Shown one piece after another: positions 5,579-5,817 of a stretch of 5,817 bases of DNA (the stretch's first letter is position 1; each line of letters opens with the position of its first letter). The position numbers and the translations under genes were made by a program. The stretch is from the IMG/VR virus record IMGVR_UViG_2713896784_000022; one strand, 5' to 3'. The DNA is from a virus (lineage: Duplodnaviria > Heunggongvirae > Uroviricota > Caudoviricetes). The notes beneath the pieces are model-generated. The model had not been told where the DNA came from. It saw nothing but the letters and a program-made list of their open reading frames with translations, and did no database searches.

Positions 5579-5817
5579 ATGCCCCACAGATACCCCGCAG
5601 CCAAAATCAACAAAATGCCAAAAGGTTCTGTTCCTGCCCTGCAACAAGAAATGCTGCGACGTGTCAGTAAACGTTATGACGATGTAGAAGTGATCATCAA
5701 ATCCACCAGCAACGATGGCCTTTCAGTTACTCGCACCGCCGATAAAGATTCTGCAAAAACTTTTGTTCAGGAGACGCTGAAAGATACCTGGGAGTCTGCT
5801 GACGAGTGGTTTGTTCG
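5579..5817 (+). CDS. DinI-family protein (prophage-type DinI paralog), 3' end cut by window edge; alternative start at ATG 5615
   Basis: My own translation (frame not in the ORF track because no stop lies in the window): ...[67 protein letters not shown]. It aligns with E. coli DinI as I remember it (...LAGELSRRI...LSVIGATKEDKQRISEILQETWESADDWFV). Starting at 5579 makes the N-terminus the same length as DinI. Neither candidate start has a good Shine-Dalgarno. Confidence 0.7.
   Translation, partial: MPHRYPAAKINKMPKGSVPALQQEMLRRVSKRYDDVEVIIKSTSNDGLSVTRTADKDSAKTFVQETLKDTWESADEWFV

Noticed and set aside
1-5817. CRISPR array, tRNA/tmRNA or rRNA genes
   Set aside because: No regularly spaced direct repeats, no cloverleaf-compatible segment with a CCA-proximal T-arm near the integrase, and no rRNA-like sequence were seen.

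Overview
This window looks like the immunity and early-left arm of a defective lambdoid prophage of the enterobacterial Qin/dic type. Reading left to right: a YdaT-like early gene and a Cro/DicC-like gene on the minus strand, then a divergent CI-type repressor (HTH plus S24 peptidase domain) that appears to be leaderless. Downstream on the plus strand are a small DUF1391-like gene translationally coupled to an unrecognised 216-aa ORF, a convergent 69-aa ORF, and a GC-rich hairpin-dense noncoding block broken by a 50-N assembly gap. Then come a DicF-like sRNA with its intrinsic terminator, a DicB-like 62-aa cell-division-inhibitor gene overlapping a second 62-aa gene with a hydrophobic N-terminus, an acidic 414-aa ORF of unknown function, the 3' remnant of a tyrosine integrase, and a partial DinI-family gene. 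All family assignments rest on reading the translations and on remembered sequences; no database search was run. The most promising candidates for something undescribed are the 216-aa and 69-aa ORFs and the structured noncoding block, which sit where the K-12 Qin locus carries ydfB/ydfC; the 414-aa ORF is a further unknown.
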